Assembly: GCF_000743755.1 (NCBI RefSeq)
Contig: NW_014569440.1
Coordinates: forward strand, 1-32,334
DNA: 32,334 bases
Direction of reading: 5' to 3'
From: Blastocystis sp. subtype 4
Lineage: Eukaryota
This document shows positions 1 through 10,825 of the stretch, one piece after another. The position numbers and the translations under genes were made by a program. Positions within the stretch are counted from its first letter, which is position 1. Every line of letters starts with the position of its first letter. Below the pieces are notes generated by a model. The model saw only the letters and a program-made list of their open reading frames with translations, did not search any database and was not told the DNA's origin.

Positions 1-39
1 ACCAATCCTTGGAAGAAGCATGGAAACATTCCTCTGTAA
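1..39 (+). CDS. PCCB: 3' end of propionyl-CoA carboxylase beta chain (partial)
   Basis: Frame 1 reads TNPWKKHGNIPL*, the conserved PW(K/R)KHGNIPL C-terminus of PCC beta subunits; TGTTTGTT follows at 51-58. Confidence 0.85.
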   Translation, partial: TNPWKKHGNIPL

Positions 40-125
40 GGACTTTAGTATGTTTGTTTGATCACTTCACAAACAAATGGCAATATACAAACAAAGACTT
101 AAGGCTCTTCAGGAACATATGACAT

Positions 126-867
126 TTAATTCACAGCAATCTCACAGAGAGAACGGAAAGAGGAAACAAGTACCTCACGTTCCTTAAGATCAGAATCAAC
201 AATACTACCCTACTTTAGGTTTATCAGTAAACGACAATACCTCTTTCACGAGAAAATCAGGTGTAGTGTACAATTTACTAAATTCCCTTTCACTGTGGTG
301 TCTCTTCGACTCTACAGGAGAAATAGAATCCGGAAGAGGAGAAAACTTCTGTTCCTGTCTAGGAACAGAAGATGATTGCACCTGCCGAAGTTGAGAAGAA
401 TATTGTACAGTATTTGGAGCTGTATGATAAATATCATAGACTGGCTTTGGAGTGGTAGGACGCTGCATATAGGGACTCATTTGAGAGAGAGAAGGTCTTA
501 TTCCAGATACCATAATACCTGAACTAGTTATTGGTTGAAATTGCTGCGTAGAGGCCTGTTTCTTGGCCTGGAACTGTGTATTGAGTTGCGGTTGCTGAAG
601 AAACGAATTTCCAGCTGCATTAGAAGTAGGAATATTCCTCTGATAATAATCGCTTCCATAGGACATTCCATTCATAGAACCATCCGCATTTGTGCCAATA
701 TTGGAATACATTCCATTCTGAGGATGGACCCCTCTTATGGGATTCATACTTTGTTGTTGAAGCCGAACAGAAGATGCATACGAATAGGTGACTCCATTTG
801 CTGTATTACTGCTTTGGTTCATCGGATACCGATTTGTTGGGAGAGTTCTTCCATGAGAATTGTTCAT
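126..867 (-). CDS. Hypothetical Q/S/N-rich low-complexity protein
   Basis: 220-aa ORF 205..867; a 31-nt GT-AG intron (183..213) joins a last exon EREVLVSSFRSLCEIAVN* (TAA 126-128). Confidence 0.6.
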
Positions 868-933
868 TATTAAGAATCTGAGAGAAGGGGGAATGCCAGT
901 CTTTTTAATACTAGATTATGAAATCATATCAGA

Positions 934-1006
934 TCCCATATAGTCTAATTGGTTAGGATAGCAGGCTCTCACCCTGCCGATCCGGGTTCGATTCCCGGTG
1001 TGGGAA
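934..1006 (+). tRNA. tRNA-Glu (anticodon CTC)
   Basis: Acceptor stem TCCCATA/TGTGGGA, D-loop GG, anticodon arm GCAGG-CT-CTC-AC-CCTGC, T-arm CCGGG-TTCGATT-CCCGG; T-rich tract follows. Confidence 0.95.
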
Positions 1007-1325
1007 TTATCTTTTCTTTTCTTATTAATACATGTATTATGATAAATCGAATGTAGGAATCGAAAGAAGTATATTTTGAAATAATGGAGATTATGATGAG
1101 GGAAAAGATCTGAATAGGTAGAATCTTATAGGGAGAATACCCCTTGAAATGGGTTTATTTCTTGCATTTGCTAGATATCTTCAGATTGTTCAAATTTAAA
1201 TACAAATAATATATGTATGGATTTCTTTGATTGAAATCTGGTTGCTCTTGACATGAGATACACTCTGGTGCATTAACGGTCAAAGCGCCAACAATGGAGG
1301 TAATAGTCTAACGATATCTAGAATA

Positions 1326-3046
1326 ATGCCAGAAATTGATATGAAAGAGGTGAGGGAGTACGCTAGAGAGTACGTTACCAATTCTAGTGATCTCAAGTAC
1401 GATTGTGGATTGTCAGTGATCGTCAGGAACGTTTCAATGAAGTCTCTCCGAAAATATATTGAAAAGAAACTGGGACTACCCAAGAAATCGTTAGTTCTCC
1501 AGAAGTCGGTTTTAAAGGAGATTATTTCTGTACGAATGTGATATACAGTTTATTCTAGGAAGAGATAAGTGCAGTAGCCAAAGTGAGAGGTGCTGCAGAG
1601 GCCAAGAAGGCAAGTAATGAGACTGAAAAGGAAACTGTGAAGAGTACAGCGAAGAATACTACAAAGGGCGTCGAGAAGGGCGCTGAGAAGGATGCTGAGA
1701 AAGGAAAAAAGAAGGTTGATAAGAAGACCGAAAAGAAGGTTGATAAGAAGCCAGAAACTGAAAGTAAAGTAACGAACGAGAACGAGGACGTGACGGAAGA
1801 TGATGATGTGAAACCCAAGAAACCACTTTCCTCATATATGCTCTTCTGCAGAGAAAAGCGTTCTAGCGTGATGTCACAATTCCCAGGTACAACTGCAGAT
1901 AGAAAATGAAGATTAGAGTATAAGGCCAAAGAAGTCGTTACCAAACTAGGTGAAATGTGGCAGGCATTGAGTGACAAGGAGAAAGCCAAGTATGTGTCTC
2001 TTGCTCAGGAGAACCGTGAGCAGTATGCTAAGCAGATGAAGGAGTGGCGTGAGCAGCATCCTGATTCTATTACCCATTCTGATATGAAACAGAAGCGCAC
2101 GCAAAGGGCCCACATTCCTGAGGAGTTCATCATAGAGAAAACTACTGAACTACCAGGTATTGGAATATAAGGCTTATGAGAACTAGAGTTGAGGGGTCGT
2201 CTTCTAAACAAGGAAATCAAAGCCTTATGGAAAAAGTTGAATAAGAAGGAGCGTCAGAAGTATCTCGATAATGAGCCCGAATCAACTGCTCCCAAGCCTA
2301 AGAGAGCTCTTTCTCCATATAACTTCTTCTGCCGTTTACATCGTGCTGATATTGTGAAGCAGAATCCTGGTTGTTTGTGGAATGGCAAAGTTATCACTAG
2401 AAGCGAATCCTAAGGAGGTCATGGGATTGCTGGCAAAGGCTTGGCAGAATGTGGATCGTGGTGTGTTATTTGAATGTCAAAAGCTGAGCGAGGAGGATAA
2501 GCAGAAGAAAGCTAGTGAATGTGTGGATGAACCAGAGAAGAAAACTAGTGAACATACGGATGAACCAGAGAAGAAAGAGAAGAAGGTTGTGAAAGAACGT
2601 CATATTTCAGGGTATTGTGTCTATTTGAAAGAGAAATATGCAGAATTGAAGACAGAAGGTGGAGTTACTACTGGAGAATGATGAATAGATACCACTTCTA
2701 GGGATTTGATGAAGGATATTGCGAAGCAATGGAGAGAGCTGGATGATAACGATAAGAAGGAGTATGCGGAGAAGGCTGAAAAGGTGAGTGTCGGTCACAA
2801 TAGCAGGAGATTAATTCCTCAAAGTGCGTTTGCTCTGTATGCCAAAGAATCACGCAAACAACTTTTGAAGCAACATCAAGGTTGGGGTGGATAGTTAGGA
2901 TAATGGTCAGGTATCAGTAAAGAAGAAGCTACAAACCTTCTGAAAGAAATGTGGAAGAAACTCGATACAGAAGAAAAGATTGAGTATGAGAATCGTCTAC
3001 ATGAGATGAGAGTCCAGAAGATCCGTGAAGAAGATGACAGCATGTA
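1326..3046 (+). CDS. Multi-HMG-box chromatin protein with N-terminal DEK-C-like domain (multi-exon)
   Basis: N-term VSMKSLRKYIEKKLG..SL; HMG starts KPKKPLSSYMLF, KPKRALSPYNFF, ERHISGYCVYL, IPQSAFALYA plus one degenerate box; ~30-nt introns; ends ..EEDDSM-TA, 4 nt before TGTTTGTT (genomic TAA only at 3060-3062). Confidence 0.85.
2503..2576 (+). repeat. Coding tandem repeat, 33-nt unit (KKASECVDEPE / KKTSEHTDEPE / KK)
   Basis: ctagtgaa...ggatgaaccagagaagaaa occurs twice, 33 nt apart. Confidence 0.8.
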
Positions 3047-3050
3047 TTTC

Positions 3051-3058
3051 TGTTTGTT
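3051..3058 (+). terminator. TGTTTGTT polyadenylation element of the HMG gene
   Basis: Exact Blastocystis GU-rich element, 4 nt after in-frame TA. Confidence 0.85.
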
Positions 3059-3149
3059 GTAATCGAATCAGGTAGATCTGAAGAAGTCAGAACACTTCAT
3101 CTGTTGTACACAAACAAAGAACAAATGATAAAAAAAGGATTCACTTTCG

Positions 3150-3622
3150 TTAATACTGTGGACGAGGCACCCACTTGCGACTGTTGTAAACACTCTTTCC
3201 AACTTCCCATCCAGGGATGTCCTTCATCACCTCCGCCTCATTCTTCAGGTTCTTCTCCTCAACCTTGCAATAACTAGAAAGGAATTGAAACGAAATACAA
3301 TCTACCGAATATCTTCTTCTGCTTGAAGATAAGGAGCAATGGCGAGACGTGTATTGAATCGTTCCTGGTCCATCTCACTAATACAATCAGAAAAAGGAGG
3401 AATCAATTACTTCAGCTTGCGAATGCCATACATCATTCTCCAGAGTCCTAGCCCAATAGTAACAGTGCCAACAAGCCACATTGTGGCTCCTGAGACACGG
3501 ATGGGGAGATTTCTCTTAAGACTAGCAAAATCACAAATACGCAAGAACTAGTACGTAGCCATCGGATATCCACCTTTAGGTGGGAGATCCTGAACAAAGA
3601 CCTTAGGTAAGGGAGCAGACAT
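3150..3622 (-). CDS. NDUFA13: NADH:ubiquinone oxidoreductase subunit A13 (GRIM-19/B16.6)
   Basis: Spliced (3 introns): [27 protein letters not shown] helix..[45 protein letters not shown]. Confidence 0.92.
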
Positions 3623-4552
3623 TGTCAGTTCGAAGAAATAGGCTAAAACAAGGACCTTATTATAGCGTCATTCGCGGGAATTCTTATATATGATTTATCT
3701 CAACAATTATCAAGTATTGTCGCTTATTTTCTGATCAAATATGGATTCTATGTGAATAAACATAGTTGGCGCGTTTCTGTGAATAGAGATTTCTAGTACA
3801 TAGAGCTTGCAAGAATTCACAATTCCCGCGAATATGATTAGATGTTGCTTGTGATATAGATCTTCTTGTTTGTATATGAGTGTTTGTTCAATAACAAGTA
3901 TCTTTTCTATACTCAATACTTAAGGACATCTCCTCTGCAGTCAGCTCGTTATCAAGCTTCTGATATCTCATTCGATATTGTCTCCAATCTATTGTATACA
4001 TGTTTGAGACAAGTAGAGATACTAGTGATGACTCATGGTATTAATTATATTGGTTGTCAACTCCATCCTAACCTATATCAGAAGAAATAGAATGAAGTAT
4101 CCTTTTGGTTGTTTCATATAGGCAGTGATTTCACTTTTGTTGATAATCTTAATCTTGATGCCTTACAAAAGCAGACACTGAAATCCAAACACTATAGATA
4201 ACAGTCCATATGTTTAAAAAGTCAAAATTAGGCATATGAGAATCAGACAGTATTTAATTCACCACTCAATAGTGTATGAACACTTAATTGAATCGCGGGG
4301 ATTATACATATCAACCCATTCTTCAGATACCCTAACTGAATAGTACCTACTAGTCATATAATCTCACTAGAATCTGATCAATATGAAGAGAATGAAATAT
4401 AAAACAAAGAATTGGATATGAGATAACAAAAAGAATCCATGTCGCACACAGTTTCAAGTCCTTGGTCTGATACACTAGGCTGAACAGGCGTTTATATTGA
4501 TAGTTATAATAACCCAGAATCACTATACGTTTCTCAAAGTGTTTCCCAAGAG

Positions 4553-6049
4553 ATGCTTTCATCACTAAGTGGATTCGCCAAACGACTCAGCTCATATATC
4601 AGGGAACCTCTAACTGCACTAGGAACTGCAGTTCAGAATGGAGTCTATACGGACGAGTATTCGGTTCCTGATTATCCTGCTGTAATTATACGGTGGATTA
4701 TTGATAAAATTAGATACTTCACTATGCGGAGAATACAATCGATCCGAAATCGTTTGAGGAAGTGTGGATTGTAATGTCCAAAGCATTAACAACGGAGGAT
4801 AATAACGATGCTAGGAATGTTATGAAGTAATCTTTGTTGTTAATGTTTTACACTAGTATTACAGATTTTCTATTTAAAAATTGCAGTGAAGATTTCTGCT
4901 CAACATGTACACCCTATTTTATGAAGTGTATCAAAGATATGATAACCGTCATTTCTTGACATAAGTGTTTATCGGTAGATGAAGTCCAAAGATACTACAG
5001 ATGAAGGAGCCAGACTGGCACAAGAGTTTTGTTGTGTTATTGCTCAATGGAAGCAGATGTTTTCATCAAGTCCTCATCCGGAGAAGGTGAAAGTGATTCT
5101 TGATGGTATCGAGGATATGGAGAAGAGTGGATTAACCTTTTCGGATACAGTACCAATTCAGGAGGAGGAAGAAGAAGACATTTCTACACTTCCTCTTTAT
5201 TCTGGTCTTCAAAAGTCTCCAGAACAAATCCGCGTTCGGAGAGAAAGCAGTGGAGTGGGCAGTACCCTAATGAATAGTCGTGTTGGGTTTGATCCAAAAA
5301 TCTTGTATCGAAATGTCAAACGATTAATCATGAAACTAAATGAGTATGGAGATGATCTGTTCCTTCAACCAGAGGCACGAGTACCATTGTTGTTTCGTTT
5401 TGATCTAGAATGTATGTTTAATGTGTACAATGAGTCAACCTGAGTTACAAGAGCTGATAAACCGAGAAGTCATTTTAGGAACCAATGAGAAGTTGATTAA
5501 CCGACTTCTCCTTGTAAATGACCTCGTATTAAAGGTCAGTGAACGATATTCTCAATTCCAAAAGAAATATAGTATTTGGTGCGAATACAAGTTGATGGAT
5601 TAGATCAGATTCCACTACCATCTGTTCCTTCGGTTGCTGACTTCACGGAGGATTCTGGAGAATGTGATGATTTCTTGGCACTGTGGATAGCAGATGACAA
5701 ACGCGAAGCATTGCATCGTTCTAATTCGGAACCACTGAAAGAGGCTGAGAAACCAAAGATCCGAAAAGTGTTGAGTCAGGTCCTGGATCTGTTAAGTAGT
5801 GATGCCGATTCGGACGAAGAGGAACCTGTTGTGAGCGAACAGAAAGAAGAGCCTAAAAGCCTGATGGCACGACTTACTAGCAGTTCATTGTGGCCAGGTT
5901 CATGGGCGACAAAACCACTGCCGGAGAGTCCTCCCCCTAAAGAGATTAATGATATGATGGGTGTAGATCTGGTAGAAGCCGAACCAGTAGCTCATTCTCC
6001 TCGAGTAGCAACAGAAGATTTAATGGATGACTTATTTATGGATATATGA
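4553..6049 (+). CDS. VHS-GAT domain protein (TOM1-like endosomal adaptor), multi-exon
   Basis: VHS-like segments (TDEYSVPDYPA.., ITDFLFKNCS, VIAQWKQMF); GAT-like LLLVNDLVLKVSERYSQF; acidic tail ending DDLFMDI*. Confidence 0.65.
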
Positions 6050-6148
6050 TTGTGTGTTCGTTCTCAGTGAGCGATGTTTGTATAGTAAGCAAACAAATGC
6101 GCTATGGTTGAACTGAAAAAATAACAGCTATACAACACCAGTCGCATC

Positions 6149-8485
6149 ATGGATGCATGTGAGGATTCATCATTTCCAACTATCGAATCTTCTTACAGTA
6201 TTTAAATCCTTCTATGACTCCTTAGTATATACACCATCCTAGATCCATTAGATAACTACTCTTATAAGTACAAGGTAGTTTCTAACAAAAATGAATACCA
6301 ATAATCGAGTCGAATTCTTCCATTCCATAATTCTCAATTCTGTAACTGTGTTTCGTAATCAATCCCAGCATTGGATGCATCTAACTATTTTGTTGGATAA
6401 TGACATTTGTCAGGTAGTAAATAATGTCCTTCATTCACATCAGGATAGAATCAGTGGAAGTGTTGTGATTCGTAAAACAGGATGTGTATCTTCGAAAACA
6501 GTTATTCAGGGAGTGGTCATTCTACAAGTTATAATAGTATTGGATTCTCAGTTATGTTCCTTCTAAGTCTTTATCTGTAGTGGAGGATTATTTTCACGAA
6601 GAAGGATTACACTTTGTGAAGAAAAGAAATCAATGGAATTTCGACTTGAAGGAACGAACTCCTTTGAATTCAGTCGTTCAGACCTTGAGAAGCGATTGAA
6701 TGTAGTCCTCAAATATTTATCTGATGTGTAGATTCTGCTTCCGGATAGTTATTCGGGTTATGGGATCCATGTGAACTATCGTTTGATTGCTAAGACCAAG
6801 TCTGTATTTCCTTATATCCGAACTGAACAATTGGTACAAACTAAAGAGGCTGTGAGAATGAGGAGTGTGAATGATGCATAGAAGGACGGTTCCAGCGATT
6901 CTGCTGAATTGTATATTAGCAAGAATGATATCAACGATTTTGACGGTTTATTGTGTTCAGTAGTTTAGGTATTTGTCTTTGACATAGTCGAGAGTCGATT
7001 TTGTGCCTGAGATTCATATTACCTGCAAAGTAGCTTCCTCATGGATTCATATTCGAGATGGAATTTCTGGTACATTGATGATTGAACAGTGCAATATGGA
7101 GATTCAAAGTATTTCTGTGGGAGTTGTTCAGACAGAGATGCTGAGTGAGTATATATTTAGTGTGTGATATGTAGGAATCAGAAATCTCCAACATGAACTT
7201 CGTTGTTCTTGTTTTCTATTTCTAATAACTAGATGTAGTTCGTGATACAACCGAAATCGCATGTGGCGACTGTTATCGGCATCAGGAGATTCCATTTGTC
7301 TTTTATCCAGATTCGGAAGGAGTATCTAGCGACTATGAGGGCCCCGATGCACAAATCCATTTCTCTCTTCGTGTCAAGGTTCTTTTTACGAATCAGTTCT
7401 TTTGTGTTAAATATCTCCCAGTCCATTTCTCCTGGTAGTTTTTGTGGATATGTTTGTTAGAACACTATTCAAGTGTATCATTTATTTACTTGTGCGAGAC
7501 TCGTTTGTAGTAATTTGCGAATATAGAGAATTGAGTCATCAATTTACTCGAAAGTATTGCTATTTGAGTGATGAAAGTGAAACAATCCTTAACGTGGATA
7601 TGCTACTTTCTCTTCCTTCTTTCGGTTCTGCTGATCTCGTTGGATTTATGCATAGTTATCGTTTGCAGTGAATGTATGTTCTCGGGAGGGCTCTCTTGAA
7701 GTGCAAAAGTTAATTGAAAAAGTGAGAATATGGGTCATTTAGGATCTTATAGCTTAGTATATTTCCCCCGTCATTGAGTATTACGAGTATTCGCTTCCTT
7801 CTACATGTCCATTGAAAATCGATCGCTCGAGGTATTACCTCGAAGTAGACAATTGTACTAGCATTCAGTTTTAGAATCTCTATAAAGAGAAGTTGGACTC
7901 TGGATATTATCGATGTGGAAAGTGTGGGAAAGTATTCGTACATGAATATTATCTACTTCTCCATAATGAACGAAAGCATCCTCAGTTTACTGATGAAGTA
8001 GGTTATGTGAATCCAAATTAGTTTTAGTCTACTGTATGTTTAGATAAGTACAAGAATGTGTTTGATGGTGTAACAATGAAACATATCGATTGTCGCAATC
8101 CACAAGTTCAACGGAGTCTAATTCTTTGCCAAGTCGATTTAAAGTTGGTTCTATTATCTTAGAAAACTTTAATGAGTTGTTTTCCTACAGATGAGTCAGA
8201 CTTCGATTTGGACCTGTATAGTAAGTATGCTCGTATGTCTTCATTGGTAGAATATATGTATCGGTCTTTATGCTCTCCACTGCTTTGTGAGAAGAATTCC
8301 CAAGAGCAAACCGAAGAGTATGTCCCGGTTGCTATGACTGCGATTGCTCTTCCAGTGGTTATCGTAGTTGTTATCTTCCTTACAGTAGTCCTCTATTTGT
8401 ACAAAAAGTAGGGGTTAGTGATTCTCTTCATGGTAGATTCAGTGTACCAAAAGACGATCTCCGAGTGTTTTCCAAGCTAGACTAG
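6149..8485 (+). CDS. Hypothetical multi-exon protein with C-terminal TM helix (start uncertain)
   Basis: Chain of open segments separated by ~26-33 nt GT-AG introns; C-term IALPVVIVVVIFLTVVLYLYKK|FSVPKDDLRVFSKLD*; TGTTTGTT at 8513-8520. Confidence 0.5.
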
Positions 8486-8519
8486 TCGTTTCTTTAGAAC
8501 AAAGGGTAGTGTTGTTTGT

Positions 8520-9189
8520 TTAATGTTTCAATTCTTCCCGCAACCTCTTTTCGTTCCATATATTCATTGCAGCCTTTTCTGCCACCTTATTTGTATCAAA
8601 TTCCTTGGAGAGGGATTCAATCAATTCCTCGTCCTTGGTCTTCTTATCTGCCTTTGCATACATCTGCGTCCATTTTCGAGCAGTTTCTTCATACTCTTTT
8701 GGTCTCTCTTGATATACAGTTGCAACAGGATAGTCCTATTCTTCACTGATTCATAAATACATTACTTGAGGATCATCTGGTTCAGCAGACGTTAAAAGAG
8801 CTTGGATTGAGAGAAGAGCTGTTGTAAGATTAATCGCAGCTGTCCATTTATCTTTTAATATATCCAGACAAATCACACCTGTCTATAGAATCAAATATTT
8901 TCTCTTCTAATACTTGACTACTAATGTTCGGATGATATACTGGAGTCATAAATTTGATCACTGGAGGAGAAAAGGGATAGTCATTTTTGAGATGAATAAA
9001 CAGTTTAAAGTACCCTCCTTCAAAAGGAGAGTCCGAGGGACCACGAATGAAACCATAAAAGCTTCGGTGATCAGGAAATGCATAATAGATACCCAATTCG
9101 GCCTTTGGGTTCTACCCATGAAATCGATTTAAGAACCTTACTGCCGATAGTTTGGAGTATTCTACTTCCACACGTTTCTGATAGGACAT
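8520..9189 (-). CDS. UBE2K: Ubiquitin-conjugating enzyme E2, UBE2K/Ubc1-like with C-terminal extension
   Basis: [64 protein letters not shown] plus ~40-aa tail. Confidence 0.8.
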
Positions 9190-9333
9190 GTAATAATGAT
9201 TCTTTATGTCTATCTGAATTGTTCAGTTATTTTCTTGATTATCATAAAATAGGTCAAACAACTCAAGAAATGCCACTTGTATGTTAATAACAAACATCAA
9301 CATAAAAAGAAGAAATGATACAAAAGCCATCAA

Positions 9334-9851
9334 TCACGAAGAATTCATAGCATACAATCGGTTAATCAGCGCTGCCATACTATTATATGCTTCATTATCA
9401 CCACTCCGTAGAAGATTCGCTACTCTGTTACAACAGCATCAGATATACCTGCATCACAATTAAGTGGACTTTCATCATTAGGCATCGATAGCATCGCTTG
9501 AATGGACACTGCAACACTCTATTCGTGAATCATTTCAGTCAAACACACTTCGAGACCCCAGCGAGGCGACCACTCACTTTTGAGAATGTTAAGACATACA
9601 GACCCATTTGTATAGTCAATATTCGGATGAAAGATCTTGGTTTCGAAGAATGCTTTCGGTGGATGGAACGGATAATCTGGAGGTATGCGTAGTTTTACTA
9701 CATATGTCCCTCCTTGATACGGGGTTCCATCGGGTCCATCAAGTATACATGTCCAATCGAACAGATTATCTTCATTTGCAATCAACCGTATTCCATTAAC
9801 TTTGTTTTCTCGCAGTTTTTTCAATTCACCTCGTAATCGAGCACCGTTCAT
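9334..9851 (-). CDS. PEX4: PEX4-like ubiquitin-conjugating enzyme E2
   Basis: UBC core (FHPNID..GSVCLNILKSEWSP); spliced C-term SPLNCDAANLLRSGDNEAYNSMA matches the PLNCD.GNLLRSGD..(F/Y)NSMA signature of plant/protist PEX4. Confidence 0.72.
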
Positions 9852-9864
9852 GAACAAACAATGA

Positions 9865-10740
9865 AGGAAAAAAGGGATTTCAATTCATCTTGTTCGTAAA
9901 TGTGGACTCTTTCCTGCTCCTCTCTCATTTTATCAATACGCATTTCTGTTACTCACTCTCTATCAGGATCATTACCTGCTTCAAGTCTCATAATATGTAC
10001 TAGAGTTCCAACTGAGAGTGAATCCAATAGATGTATCGAAATAGTGTCAGGAAGATTCAAGGTGATTCCAGGACGAAAGATGGAAACATGCGGAAACTCT
10101 GTCTTCTTTGCGATTTCTTCAATGTCTCCTTTGTTTTGTAACCATCTATTTGACAAAAAGTGAGTATGCACACAAGTTGACACTGTATTGGTTAGCTCCC
10201 TTGCACGAAAGCAGAGATAAAAACGGAACTCCAGCATGTTGAGCAGTTTTGAGCGTTTTCTTTGTGACTTGGCGTATCTCATAGAAGATTGGTCTCTAGA
10301 TTCATCATTCCACAAAATCACATACAAGCTCTTCATACGTTTTTGCATTACTGACTAGAGTCTTATTTGGGCCAATCAGTGAAAAAACAATATCAGTATC
10401 ATGAAAATAATCCTCATGCTCTTCAATCTTAGCAAAATCGACAATCTGAAAGATAACGCCCTCGATTTGTCCAAACATGTTGCTGAAGGAGTCCATGACG
10501 TTCATCCTCAACTTGGTTCTCGTAAGATTCTTTTGGCAATACAAGGCTGTGTCTCGTTATCGTGTTGACGATCCACCTTTTCGATTGAAGTAACTCTATG
10601 ACTAACTGGATTCCAACAGATCCTGTTGCTTATTGTAACCATCCATTTCTTGTTTTACCTCCCAGTACACATCCACGATAGGACCGTCTCTGTTGAGTAT
10701 TATCGGGAGAAATATCTTCCTTGTTCTGTGTGTTGCTCAT
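9865..10740 (-). CDS. NAD(P)-binding oxidoreductase, HTATIP2/TIP30-like (multi-exon)
   Basis: N-term CVLG..ATGSVG..LVIELL Rossmann motif; VDFAKIEEH..F..D.VFS; KGDIEE..FPHVSIFRPG; last exon (needs a GT..GAG intron) ends ..LKSLFS-T, 4 nt before TGTTTGTT; alternative stop at 9953. Confidence 0.7.
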
Positions 10741-10825
10741 AAAATAGAATCATTCTGTTGTTTTCGTCAGTTTCGCCACGTGGCGCAGTCCTCATTATTC
10801 ATTCTCAGTCATATTGCTATTATAG

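Noticed and set aside
535..873. Plus-strand 112-aa ORF
   Set aside because: Antisense shadow of the minus-strand gene; no recognisable motifs
1555..1989. Hydrophobic F/S-rich minus-strand ORF that looks like a membrane protein
   Set aside because: Reverse complement of the K/E-rich HMG linker
2503..2576. Repeat as CRISPR or mobile element
   Set aside because: In-frame coding repeat in a eukaryotic gene; no spacers, cas genes or transposase in the window
4020..4500. Possible snoRNA/snRNA in the long intergenic region
   Set aside because: Only isolated box-like words; no terminal stem or recognisable guide sequence
6047..6058. TGTGTGTT right after the VHS-GAT stop as its poly(A) element
   Set aside because: At the 4-nt offset it would remove the stop; TGTTTGTA at 6075-6082 is the better candidate
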